In this document: positions 34,395-42,662 of the stretch, piece by piece
Layout of the letters: each line of letters begins with the position of its first letter
Position numbering within the stretch: the first letter of the stretch is position 1
Origin: an uncultured Elusimicrobia bacterium
Lineage (GTDB): Bacteria; Elusimicrobiota; Elusimicrobia; UBA1565; UBA9628
Reading direction: 5' to 3'
NCBI GenBank assembly: GCA_964623465.1
Contig: CAZURZ010000002.1
Location: 1-59,390, forward strand
DNA: 59,390 nucleotides
The notes under the pieces: generated by a model
What the model saw: only the letters and a program-made list of their open reading frames with translations
What the model was told of the DNA's origin: nothing
Databases searched by the model: none
Position numbers and translations under genes: made by a program

Positions 34395-34533
34395 GGATTG
34401 AGAGCCACGATACCACTTTAAACGATGAATCCGAATCCCCGGGCGGCGCGTAATGATTTGGAGAGGGCCGCAAGCGAGGGTTCCACTCGACTCAAAGAAT
34501 TGCGATGATCGCTGATCCCAGGAGGAATTGCCC

Positions 34534-35580
34534 ATGCCCGTCGATATCGAAGCCGGCGTCCGCGACTATTACGGCAAAACCCTCAAGAGCGGCGCCGACC
34601 TGAAGACCGACGCCTGCTGCTCCCCCTCGGATCTGCCTCGGGCCGTGCGCGACGCCCTTTCGAAGGTGAGCGACGAGGTCGTCTCCCGCTACTACGGCTG
34701 CGGCCTGACCATCCCGAACGAGTTGACGGGACTCAGCGTCCTCGACCTGGGCTCCGGTTCGGGGCGAGACTGCTACATCCTCTCCCAGCTCGTCGGCCGC
34801 GAGGGGCGCGTGACCGGCGTCGACATGACCGACGAGCAGCTGGCGGTCGCGGAGCGCAACCGGGCGCACCACGCTCAGGTCTTCGGCTACGGCAACGTCG
34901 AATTCCTCAAGGGCGACATCTCACGTCTCGATGCGCTCGGCCTCGAAGACGCGTCCTTCGATCTGATCGTTTCCAACTGCGTCATCAATCTGGCGCGCGA
35001 CAAGAAGGCCGTGCTGCGCGAAGCCAAGCGGGTTCTGAAGGAAGGCGGTGAGCTGTATTTCTCGGACGTCTACGCCGACCGGCGCGTGCCCGCGGAGCTC
35101 AGGGAAGATCCCGTGCTGTACGGCGAGTGCCTCGGCGGCGCGCTTTACTGGAACGATTTCCTTCAGTTGGCCAAGAGCGCCGGATTCGCCGACCCCAGGC
35201 TCGTGGAATCGCGGCCCCTGTCGGTCGACGCCGGCCCGATACGGGATCGCGTCGGAGACATCCGGTTCTATTCGGCGACCTACCGGCTCTTCAAGCTCGC
35301 CGGGCTCGAGCCCGCGTGCGAGGACTTCGGCCAGGCCGTGCGCTACAAAGGGACGCTTCCGGACGCCCCGTCGGCGTTCCTGCTCGACGGCCATCACCGC
35401 TTCGAATCCGGACGCATCATGACCGTGTGCGGCAACACCGCCCTGATGCTCGAAAAGACCCGTTTCCGCCGCCACTTCGAATTCTTCGGCGACACGACGA
35501 AGCACTTCGGCATCTTTCCGGGCTGCGGGACGAGCATCCCTTTCTCCGCGGAGCAGAAGAACGATGGCGCCTGCTGCTAA
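34534..35580 (+). CDS. arsM: arsenite S-adenosylmethionine methyltransferase (ArsM-type)
   Basis: AGGAGGA lies 7 nt upstream of the ATG at 34534. An N-terminal Cys pair (DACCSP), the SAM motif VLDLGSGSG and conserved Cys residues (SNCVINL, GECLGG) are present, with a C-terminal CC. Confidence 0.8.
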   Translation: MPVDIEAGVRDYYGKTLKSGADLKTDACCSPSDLPRAVRDALSKVSDEVVSRYYGCGLTIPNELTGLSVLDLGSGSGRDCYILSQLVGREGRVTGVDMTDEQLAVAERNRAHHAQVFGYGNVEFLKGDISRLDALGLEDASFDLIVSNCVINLARDKKAVLREAKRVLKEGGELYFSDVYADRRVPAELREDPVLYGECLGGALYWNDFLQLAKSAGFADPRLVESRPLSVDAGPIRDRVGDIRFYSATYRLFKLAGLEPACEDFGQAVRYKGTLPDAPSAFLLDGHHRFESGRIMTVCGNTALMLEKTRFRRHFEFFGDTTKHFGIFPGCGTSIPFSAEQKNDGACC

Positions 35581-36457
35581 GTGGGCGGTCGCCGAGACCA
35601 CGGCGAAAGGCCGGCCTCGCGCCGCGGTCGCGCCCGTCGCGCTGAAGACCCTGTGGTTCAACACCGGCACCCGCTGCAACATCGAGTGCGAGAACTGCTA
35701 CATCGAGTCGTCTCCGCGCAACGACCGCCTCGAATACCTGCGCCTGACCGAGATCGCGCCTTTTCTCGACGAGGCGGAGCGGATGGGCGCGAGCGAGATC
35801 GGCTTCACCGGGGGCGAGCCGTTCATGAACCCGGATCTGCTCGCCATGGCCGAGGAATGCCTGAAGCGAGGCTTCTCCGCGCTCATCCTGACCAACGCGA
35901 TGGCGCCGATGACGAATCGAAAGCGGGAGCTGCTGGACCTGCGCGAGCGCCGTCCCGCGGGCCTGCGTCTGCGCGTCTCGCTCGATCATCACACCCCCGC
36001 CGCCCACGACGCTGAACGCGGCGCGGGCGCCTTCGACAAGACGATGGCCGGACTGCGCTGGCTGCTCGAATCCGGATTCGAAGCCTCCGTCGCGGGACGG
36101 ACCTTCGTCGATGAAGACGAAGCCGCCGCGCGCGCGGGATACCGGCTCGCGATCGGGCGAGACGTCCCCCTGACGATTTTTCCCGAGATGGGCGCCGGCG
36201 ACGAGCTCCCCGAGATCACCACCGAGTGCTGGGGCATCCTCGGCAAGTCGCCGGATGCGATGATGTGCGCCTCCTCACGCATGGTGGTCAAGCGCCGCGG
36301 CGAAACGCGCCCCGCCGTGCTGGCGTGCACGCTCATACCGTACGACGCGCGATTCGAGCTCGGAGAAACGCTGGAGGCGTCCTGGCGCCCGGTCGCGCTT
36401 CAACACCCGAACTGCGCCTCGTTCTGCGTGCTCGGCGGCGGGTCCTGCGCCGCGTGA
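35564..36457 (+). CDS. radical SAM protein with Cys-rich C-terminus (ArsS / 'radical SAM/Cys-rich domain' family-like)
   Basis: CNIECENCY (CxxxCxxC), GFTGGEPF, and a C-terminal HPNCASFCVLGGGSCAA. It overlaps arsM by 17 nt and is followed by a coupled GT2-like gene. Confidence 0.6.
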   Translation: MAPAAKWAVAETTAKGRPRAAVAPVALKTLWFNTGTRCNIECENCYIESSPRNDRLEYLRLTEIAPFLDEAERMGASEIGFTGGEPFMNPDLLAMAEECLKRGFSALILTNAMAPMTNRKRELLDLRERRPAGLRLRVSLDHHTPAAHDAERGAGAFDKTMAGLRWLLESGFEASVAGRTFVDEDEAAARAGYRLAIGRDVPLTIFPEMGAGDELPEITTECWGILGKSPDAMMCASSRMVVKRRGETRPAVLACTLIPYDARFELGETLEASWRPVALQHPNCASFCVLGGGSCAA

Positions 36458-37122
36458 AGCTGTCGGTCGTCATTCCGGTGCACCGCAACGGAATGGAGTG
36501 GCTTCCTCGCATTCTAGCCAGCCTCGCCGCGGTCGAAGGCGTCGAGGTCATATGCGCCGGGGATCCTCCCCCCGCGGGTGCTCCGGTCTCTCGCCATGTC
36601 GCCGTGGACGGGCCTTCGCGGGGCGCCCGCCTTCAGGCGGGCATCGAAGCCGCGTCGCATGAGATGATCCTCCTTCATCACCCGCGCAGCCTGCTCCCGG
36701 CGGCCGGCCTGCGCTGGCTGGCCGAGGGCGCCGGCGGCTGGGGTTGGGGAGGCTTCACGCACGCCTTCGACTGGGATCATCCGCTGCTGCGGTTCACGAG
36801 CTGGTACTCGAACCGGATCCGCCTCGGCATGAAGGGGATCGTCTACCTCGATCACTGCATTTTTTTCGAACGCCGGCTCCTGACGCGGCCGATTCCGCCG
36901 GTGGAGATATTCGAAGACACGGAGTTGTCCCTGATCCTCCGCGAGAGCGGTCCGCCCGCGCTCGCCCCCTTCGTCTCGATCACCTCCGCCGTCCGCTTCC
37001 GCGCCAACGGCCCCTGGCGCCAATCCCTTCTCAACCAGCGCATGAAGCTCGCCTATCTCCTGGGCGGCTCGCACCGCCGGATGAACGCGCGCTATGAGCG
37101 CGGACTCGGGCTGAACGCCTGA
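36454..37122 (+). CDS. family-2 glycosyltransferase-like protein ('transferase 2, rSAM/selenodomain-associated' type)
   Basis: The GTG start overlaps the previous stop (GTGA at 36454-36457). LSVVIPVHRNG...L..L is an N-terminal GT-A pattern. Length is 222 aa. Confidence 0.6.
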   Translation: MKLSVVIPVHRNGMEWLPRILASLAAVEGVEVICAGDPPPAGAPVSRHVAVDGPSRGARLQAGIEAASHEMILLHHPRSLLPAAGLRWLAEGAGGWGWGGFTHAFDWDHPLLRFTSWYSNRIRLGMKGIVYLDHCIFFERRLLTRPIPPVEIFEDTELSLILRESGPPALAPFVSITSAVRFRANGPWRQSLLNQRMKLAYLLGGSHRRMNARYERGLGLNA

Positions 37123-37157
37123 GCTCAGCAAGCCAAATTCAGTATAATCTCTTCGAC

Positions 37158-37234
37158 GGTGCGATGCCCAAGTGGTCCAAGGGGATGGTCTGCAAAACCA
37201 TTATTCGCGGGTTCGAATCCCGCTCGCACCTCCA
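37158..37234 (+). tRNA. tRNA-Cys (anticodon GCA), CCA encoded
   Basis: Acceptor stem GGTGCGA/TCGCACC, anticodon stem ATGGT/ACCAT with loop CTGCAAA, T-arm GCGGG-TTCGAAT-CCCGC, discriminator U and a genomic CCA. Confidence 0.92.
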
Positions 37235-37253
37235 GTTTAGCCGCTTAAAATGA

Positions 37254-37289
37254 GGACGGCCCCGGCGCGAGCCGGGGCCGTCCCGTTTT
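37254..37289. terminator. strong bidirectional intrinsic terminator
   Basis: 13-bp perfect stem GGACGGCCCCGGC-gcga-GCCGGGGCCGTCC followed by CGTTTT. It lies between tRNA-Cys (+) and the VWA gene stop at 37306 (-). Confidence 0.8.
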
Positions 37290-37305
37290 CAGGATCGCGC
37301 GCCGT

Positions 37306-38403
37306 CTAGTAGACGATCCCCTTCTTCGCGGCCTGCGTCTTCAGCGCCTCCACCAGGCGCGTGTCGAACGAGTCGGCGCGGCGAGCGCCCGCCTCCTTCC
37401 GGAGCCAGTCGGCGCGCTTGGCGGCCAGGGCGTCGATCTCGGCTTTGGCCCTCTTGCGCTCGGCCGCGATCTCGTCGAGCTTGGCCTGACGCTTGTCGGC
37501 CGGGATGTCGCGCAGGGCGGAGGGAAGCTCGTCCTCCTTCACGTCCTTGAGCGCGATCTTGTTCTCCTCGACCGCCGCGACCAGGTCCGACGAGACGCCG
37601 AAGCCGGCGCGGGCCTTGAACTCGGCGCGCTCGGCCGCGGCCGGGGCCGCCGCCATGCCGCGGATGGACGCGGCGAGGCCGGCGTCGGCCTCCGCCTTGC
37701 GCCGCGCGCGGCCGAAGGCCAGGCCCGTGCCCTCGAAGCGGGCGGACAGGGACGCCAGCTTGTCGTCGAAGGGCGTCGCCGTCGCGACCATGCCGCCGTC
37801 CTGGGGCACCGGCAGGAAGCGCCCCTCGCCCATGCGGGCGATGCGGTTGAAAGCCAAGGTCGTCGACGAATCCGCCCCGCACTGCACCGAGTTGACGACC
37901 AGCCCGCGGCGCACCGCCTTCTCCATGACGGCGGCGAGCGTCGGAGAGTCGCCGTAGTCCTCGTGCGGGGCGGCGTCGCCGACGACGTAGACCACCTTGA
38001 ACGTCTTGGGGTCCTTGCTCCACGAGATCTTCTCCACCGCGGCCTTGAGGCCGGCGATCACGTGCTCGGGGCCGTCCCCGCCGCCGCCCACGGAGAGCGA
38101 GAGAAGATCCTTGTAGGTGTTGTCGAGGTTGTCCGAAAGGTCGAACTCCTTGGTGACGTACTCGTCGCCCTTGTCGCGGAAGGCGACCAGCCCCATCTTC
38201 ACGCGCGGGCCGGGCTTGCCCTTGGCGATCTCGTTGGCGATGGACCAGATGCGCTGCTTGGCGCCCTCGATGAGCCCGCCCATGCTCGACGTGGTGTCGA
38301 GCACGAAGACCACCTCGACGCTCGGGCGCGACGGGGCCTCCGCCGCCTTCGCGAAAACGCCGGACATCAGGACCGCCGCGACCAGACTGAATCGAATCTT
38401 CAT
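37306..38403 (-). CDS. von Willebrand factor type A domain secreted protein
   Basis: Signal peptide, the MIDAS motif VLDTTSSM, and a charged helical C-terminal half. GGGAGG Shine-Dalgarno sequence is present. Confidence 0.85.
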   Translation of the reverse strand: MKIRFSLVAAVLMSGVFAKAAEAPSRPSVEVVFVLDTTSSMGGLIEGAKQRIWSIANEIAKGKPGPRVKMGLVAFRDKGDEYVTKEFDLSDNLDNTYKDLLSLSVGGGGDGPEHVIAGLKAAVEKISWSKDPKTFKVVYVVGDAAPHEDYGDSPTLAAVMEKAVRRGLVVNSVQCGADSSTTLAFNRIARMGEGRFLPVPQDGGMVATATPFDDKLASLSARFEGTGLAFGRARRKAEADAGLAASIRGMAAAPAAAERAEFKARAGFGVSSDLVAAVEENKIALKDVKEDELPSALRDIPADKRQAKLDEIAAERKRAKAEIDALAAKRADWLRKEAGARRADSFDTRLVEALKTQAAKKGIVY

Positions 38404-38539
38404 ATCCGCCTCCCCCGGCCCAGCGGCCGTTGAGGATGGGACTCCCCCGCCCCGGAAAAGTTCCCTAGGCCCATTTCCTTCCTAATAATAGGCCCTCGGT
38501 CCCTCGGGGAATCGAGGGGCTTCGCGCTAGAATCACCGC

Positions 38540-41500
38540 ATGAAGACCATGAGCGCCTCCCTTTCGCTGATCCTGATCCTCCAGCCCCTCGCGAACGCCC
38601 AGACGCTCGCCGGCCGCGCCGCGAACGCCCCGCTGGCGCCCTCGCTCGGCCTTCCCGCGACGCCCGCCCTCTCCCCCTCCTCCCTCGCCGCCCCGGCCCT
38701 CGCGCCCGCCGTCCTCGCGCCGTCGCTCGCCGCCCCTTCCGCCTCCCCCGTCTTGAATGCCATGATCCCCGCGGCGCCGGCCGCGAGGCCCGCCGCCGCC
38801 AAGGCCATGGAACCGATCAAGCCCGAAGCCCAGCCCGCGCGCGCGCTGCCCGTGCTGCGCGCCGCCGCTTCCGCGCCCGACCGCCCCGCCGACGCGCAGT
38901 TCGACGGGAGCGCCGCGCGCCGCCCCGCGGACGCCGTCTCCGCCGCCGAAGGCGCGGCCGCCCCCGGCCTGTCCTTGCCCGTGAAGACCTTCACCTTGGC
39001 CAACGGCCTCAAGGTCGTGGTCCACACCGACAAGACCGCGCCCGTCGTCGCCGTCTCCATCACCTACAACGTCGGCTCGATGCACGAGACGCCCGGCCTC
39101 TCCGGCTTCGCGCACCTCTTCGAGCACCTGATGGCCCAGGGCACGAAGAGCCTCAAGCCGCGCGAGATCTCGCACCTCATCGAGTCCAACGGCGGCGTGC
39201 GCAACGCGTACACGATGCGCTCCAACACCACCTACCACTCCGTCGTCCCGAAGAGCGCCCTGAAGACCGTGCTCTGGGCCGAGGCCGAGCGCATGTCCAA
39301 GCTCAACGTGGACGAACTCGCGCTCGCCGACGAGCAGCAGGTCGTGCTCGAGGAGATGCGCCTGCGCTACGTCAACGCCGCCTACGCGAAGGCCCGCGAC
39401 GCCGGCATGGCGGAGACCGCGTTCCGCAAGTGGGAGAACCGGCACACCACGATCGGCGAGGCCGCCGACGTGCGCGGCGCGCGCCTCGAGGACGTGCGCG
39501 AGTTCTACCGGAAGCACTACGCGCCCAACAACGCCGTGCTCTCCCTCGCGGGCGACGTGACCGAGGATGAGGCCCGCGCGCTCGCCGAGCGCTTCTTCGG
39601 CCCGCTCGAGTCCAAGCCCCTGCCGCAGGCTCCCGACCTCTCCGAGCCGCGCATGACCGGGGAGACGCGCCGCGTGATCGAAGACAAGTTCGCCAAGGTC
39701 CCCCTGCTCATGACGGGCTGGAACGCCCCGGAGCGCGGCACCAAGGACTACTGGGCGCTGACCTTGCTCGGCGAGATACTCGGCGCGGGCGAGGACAGCC
39801 CGCTGTACCGCGCGCTCGTCAAGGACGCCAAGATCGCTCTGTCGGCGAGCACGAACTTCCCCTGGTGGACCGGGCCGTTCAATCCCGGCGGCCCCGAGCT
39901 CTTCGGCGTCATGACGGCCCTCAAGGGCGCCACGGCCGACGAGGCCCTGCGCCTCACGGACGCCGTGCTCGCGCGTCTCGCCGAGGAGGGTCCGACCGAG
40001 GCCCAGCTCGCCGCGGCCAAGACGAGCGTCGAGCTCGCGTGGACGAAGGACCTCGAGCAGCTCATCGAGCGCGCCAAGACCGCCGGCTCCTACGCCGCGA
40101 TGGTCGGCGATCCGGAGAACCTCTCCCGGGATTTCGCGGACCTGATGTCCGTGACGGTCGCCGACGTCAAGGCCGCGCTGAAGGAGTGGATCGTCGGCAA
40201 GGGACGCGCCGTCGTCGAGGCGCGCCCGGCCCCGAGCCTCGTCCTGTCGGTCGATCCCGCCACGCCGCCCAAGCCGACGCGCGCGCCGCGTCCCGAGGGC
40301 GACCCGCGCCCCGAGATCGATCCCCAGCCCGCCGCGAAGGTCCCGGCCATCGAGCGTTTCACGCTCTCCAACGGCCTCAAGGTCGCCTTCGTGCGCGACT
40401 CCCGCCTGCCCCTGCTCGAGGCGCGGCTCTCATTCGCGGCCGGACGCGTGGCGGAGCGCCCGGGCGAGGACGGCCTGTCGGCCGCCGCCGCCGAGCTGCT
40501 CCTCCAGGGCGCCGCCGGCCGGGACGCCCGCGGCCTCGCCGCCGCCTTCGCGGGCCTGGGCTGGAAGCTCGACGTCATTCGCGGAGTCGAGTGGCTGGAC
40601 GTCTTCGCCTCCGGCCTGTCGCGCAACTCCGCGGCGTTCTTCCGGGAGCTCGCGAACGTGCTCTCCACCGCGACCTTCCCCGAGGACGAGGTCGCGCTCT
40701 GGAGGGAGAACAAGGTCGAGGAGCTCAAGATGCAGCGCGCGAAGCCGGACTTCATGGCCTCCGAGCGCATGAAGGCCGAGCTGTTCGGCGCCGAACACCC
40801 CTACGGAAGGCCCGCGCTGGAGGACGCGCAGATCGGCGCGATCTCTCGCGGCAAGATCGCCGACTTCTTCCGGCGCTCGTACGTGCCCGACGGCGCGACG
40901 CTCACGTTGACCGGCGACGCCGACCCGGCGGCCCTGCGCGCCCAGCTCGAGGCCGCGTTCGCCGGCTGGACCGGCGCGTCCGCCGCGCCGCGGATCCCGG
41001 ACCTGCCCGCGCAGGGACCGGCGCGCACCGCCCTCGTCGACCGCGCCGGCTCGAAGCAGGCCAACCTCACCGTCTCCCAGGCCGTCGATCTCAAGCCGAC
41101 GGATCCCGACTACCTCGCCTTCTCGGTGATGAACCAGATCCTCGGCGGCTCGGCGACCTCGCGCCTCTTCGTCAACCTGCGCGTGAAGAACTCCTACACC
41201 TACGGCGCGTACTCCCGCCCGCAGGCGCTCGAGAAGGGCCTGCTCTGGACGGCGACCGCCGAGGTCCGCAACGAGGTCGCGGCCGCCGCGCTCGCCGAGA
41301 TGCGCAAGGAGATCGCGGGCATGCGGGACGGCCTCGTCGACGAGCGGCAGCTCGAGGCGGTCAAGCGCTACCTCGCCGGCCTCTTCCTCCTGCGGCTGTC
41401 GTCCATCGACTACGCGGCCGACTCGCTCGCGGGCTACGAACGCAACAAGCAGTCCGCGGAGCGCGAGCTGGCCACCTACGTGGAGCGTCTGAACGCGCTG

Positions 41501-41608
41501 ACGCCGGCCGACATCCAGCGCGTCGCGCGCCGCTACCTCGACCCGGAGAAGATGGTGACGGTCGTGGTCGGCGACGAGAAGGCCCTGGCCCCGCAGCTGC
41601 GGCCCTAG
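38540..41608 (+). CDS. M16 (pitrilysin) family zinc peptidase, two tandem M16 modules, with long N-terminal leader
   Basis: Inverted zinc motif HLFEHLM (HxxEH) in the first module, and a second, inactive-type M16 pair downstream. The first ~145 aa are a hydrophobic helix plus a Pro/Ala/Ser/Leu-rich spacer ending in AQFDGS. Confidence 0.85.
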   Translation: MKTMSASLSLILILQPLANAQTLAGRAANAPLAPSLGLPATPALSPSSLAAPALAPAVLAPSLAAPSASPVLNAMIPAAPAARPAAAKAMEPIKPEAQPARALPVLRAAASAPDRPADAQFDGSAARRPADAVSAAEGAAAPGLSLPVKTFTLANGLKVVVHTDKTAPVVAVSITYNVGSMHETPGLSGFAHLFEHLMAQGTKSLKPREISHLIESNGGVRNAYTMRSNTTYHSVVPKSALKTVLWAEAERMSKLNVDELALADEQQVVLEEMRLRYVNAAYAKARDAGMAETAFRKWENRHTTIGEAADVRGARLEDVREFYRKHYAPNNAVLSLAGDVTEDEARALAERFFGPLESKPLPQAPDLSEPRMTGETRRVIEDKFAKVPLLMTGWNAPERGTKDYWALTLLGEILGAGEDSPLYRALVKDAKIALSASTNFPWWTGPFNPGGPELFGVMTALKGATADEALRLTDAVLARLAEEGPTEAQLAAAKTSVELAWTKDLEQLIERAKTAGSYAAMVGDPENLSRDFADLMSVTVADVKAALKEWIVGKGRAVVEARPAPSLVLSVDPATPPKPTRAPRPEGDPRPEIDPQPAAKVPAIERFTLSNGLKVAFVRDSRLPLLEARLSFAAGRVAERPGEDGLSAAAAELLLQGAAGRDARGLAAAFAGLGWKLDVIRGVEWLDVFASGLSRNSAAFFRELANVLSTATFPEDEVALWRENKVEELKMQRAKPDFMASERMKAELFGAEHPYGRPALEDAQIGAISRGKIADFFRRSYVPDGATLTLTGDADPAALRAQLEAAFAGWTGASAAPRIPDLPAQGPARTALVDRAGSKQANLTVSQAVDLKPTDPDYLAFSVMNQILGGSATSRLFVNLRVKNSYTYGAYSRPQALEKGLLWTATAEVRNEVAAAALAEMRKEIAGMRDGLVDERQLEAVKRYLAGLFLLRLSSIDYAADSLAGYERNKQSAERELATYVERLNALTPADIQRVARRYLDPEKMVTVVVGDEKALAPQLRP

Positions 41609-41656
41609 CCGGCCCGAAGGTCCCAGAACGAACTAGGACTTTAGTCCTTTTTTCCC

Positions 41657-41685
41657 TTGACTCCCCTCCGGCCCTTTGCTGAAAT
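41657..41685 (+). promoter_or_regulatory. sigma70-like promoter candidate for the serine protease gene
   Basis: TTGACT (41657-41662), a 17-nt spacer, then TGAAAT (41680-41685). It lies downstream of a short hairpin plus T-run (AGGACTttAGTCCTTTTTT) that ends the M16 gene. Confidence 0.35.
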
Positions 41686-41717
41686 GGGCCCGACGCATCC
41701 CTGGTGAGGAGGAATCA

Positions 41718-42662
41718 ATGAAGAGACTCATGATCACGGCCGCCGTCCTGGCGGCCGCCCTGCGGCTGACGGCGTCGGCGCAGGTGGACGGGCAGGTCAT
41801 CTACGGCGCGGACGACCGCATCGACCTGTATCAGACGGACAACGCGAAGCTGCGCTCCATGGCCGACTCGACCGTCGCCCTGGTCAACGCGTCCTCGGTG
41901 AAGGCCGAAGGCGCCGTGGCCAAGCTCGACGTCGATCCGTACGGTCCCGGCATGGGCCTGTGCAAGGACGAGCCCTTCTACGAGCAGGTCACCGCCGCCT
42001 TCTGCTCGGGCTCGCTCATCGCCCCCGACCTGATCATGACGGCCGGCCACTGCATCACCTCCGAGGCCTCCTGCCAGAACACCAAGTTCGTGTTCGGCTT
42101 CTCCGTCAAGGAGAAGGGCAAGATGCCGACGTCGGTGCCCGCGACCGAGGTCTACGGCTGCAAGAAGCTGCTCGGCCGCGACCAGGTCAACGACGGCGCC
42201 GACTGGGCGCTGATCAAGCTCGACCGGCCCGTCTCCGGCCACGCGCCGCTGAAGCTGTCCAAGGGCGCGATCGCCAACAAGACGCCCATCGTCGTCATCG
42301 GCCATCCGGCCGGCCTGCCGACGAAGATCGCGGGCGGCGCCGAGGTGCGCGACAACTCGAAGAACGGCTACTTCATCGCCAACCTCGACACCTACGGCGG
42401 CAATTCCGGCTCGGCGGTCTTCAACGCCCGCACCGGCCTGGTCGAGGGCATCCTCGTCCGCGGCGAGCAGGACTACGTCTACCGCGGCTCCTGCCGCGTG
42501 TCGAACGTGTGCACGAACGAGGGCTGCCGCGGCGAGGACGTCACCAAGATCGACGTCGTCAACGAGAAGCTGCCCGCCCTCCAGCATCAGGACCGCGTGG
42601 CCGGACTCGGCGCCACGTTCGCGTCCCTGCTGAGCTCGGTCTCGGCCGAGGCGCAGCCCTGA
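41718..42662 (+). CDS. trypsin-like (S1 family, V8/Glu-endopeptidase-like) secreted serine protease
   Basis: GAGGAGG Shine-Dalgarno sequence and a signal peptide. The catalytic triad contexts are TAGHC, DWALIKL and GGNSGSAVF. Confidence 0.8.
   Translation: MKRLMITAAVLAAALRLTASAQVDGQVIYGADDRIDLYQTDNAKLRSMADSTVALVNASSVKAEGAVAKLDVDPYGPGMGLCKDEPFYEQVTAAFCSGSLIAPDLIMTAGHCITSEASCQNTKFVFGFSVKEKGKMPTSVPATEVYGCKKLLGRDQVNDGADWALIKLDRPVSGHAPLKLSKGAIANKTPIVVIGHPAGLPTKIAGGAEVRDNSKNGYFIANLDTYGGNSGSAVFNARTGLVEGILVRGEQDYVYRGSCRVSNVCTNEGCRGEDVTKIDVVNEKLPALQHQDRVAGLGATFASLLSSVSAEAQP

Noticed and set aside
34395-34533. ECF-type promoter (GGAAC -35) in the sigma/arsM intergenic region
   Set aside because: A GGAACC is present on the sigma-gene strand, but I could not pair it with a convincing -10 (CGTC-type) at 16-17 nt. 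This is too weak to call.
37158-37234. tRNA-Cys as an integration site for a genomic island
   Set aside because: There is no integrase, no direct repeat of the tRNA 3' end, and no compositional break or mobile genes on either side. A strong terminator follows it, and then ordinary genes.
38465-41682. ORFs 38465..39517 (-), 39865..41682 (+) and other shadows of the M16 gene
   Set aside because: These are out-of-frame or antisense, Arg/Gly-rich translations. The M16 frame carries HxxEH and a consistent domain order.
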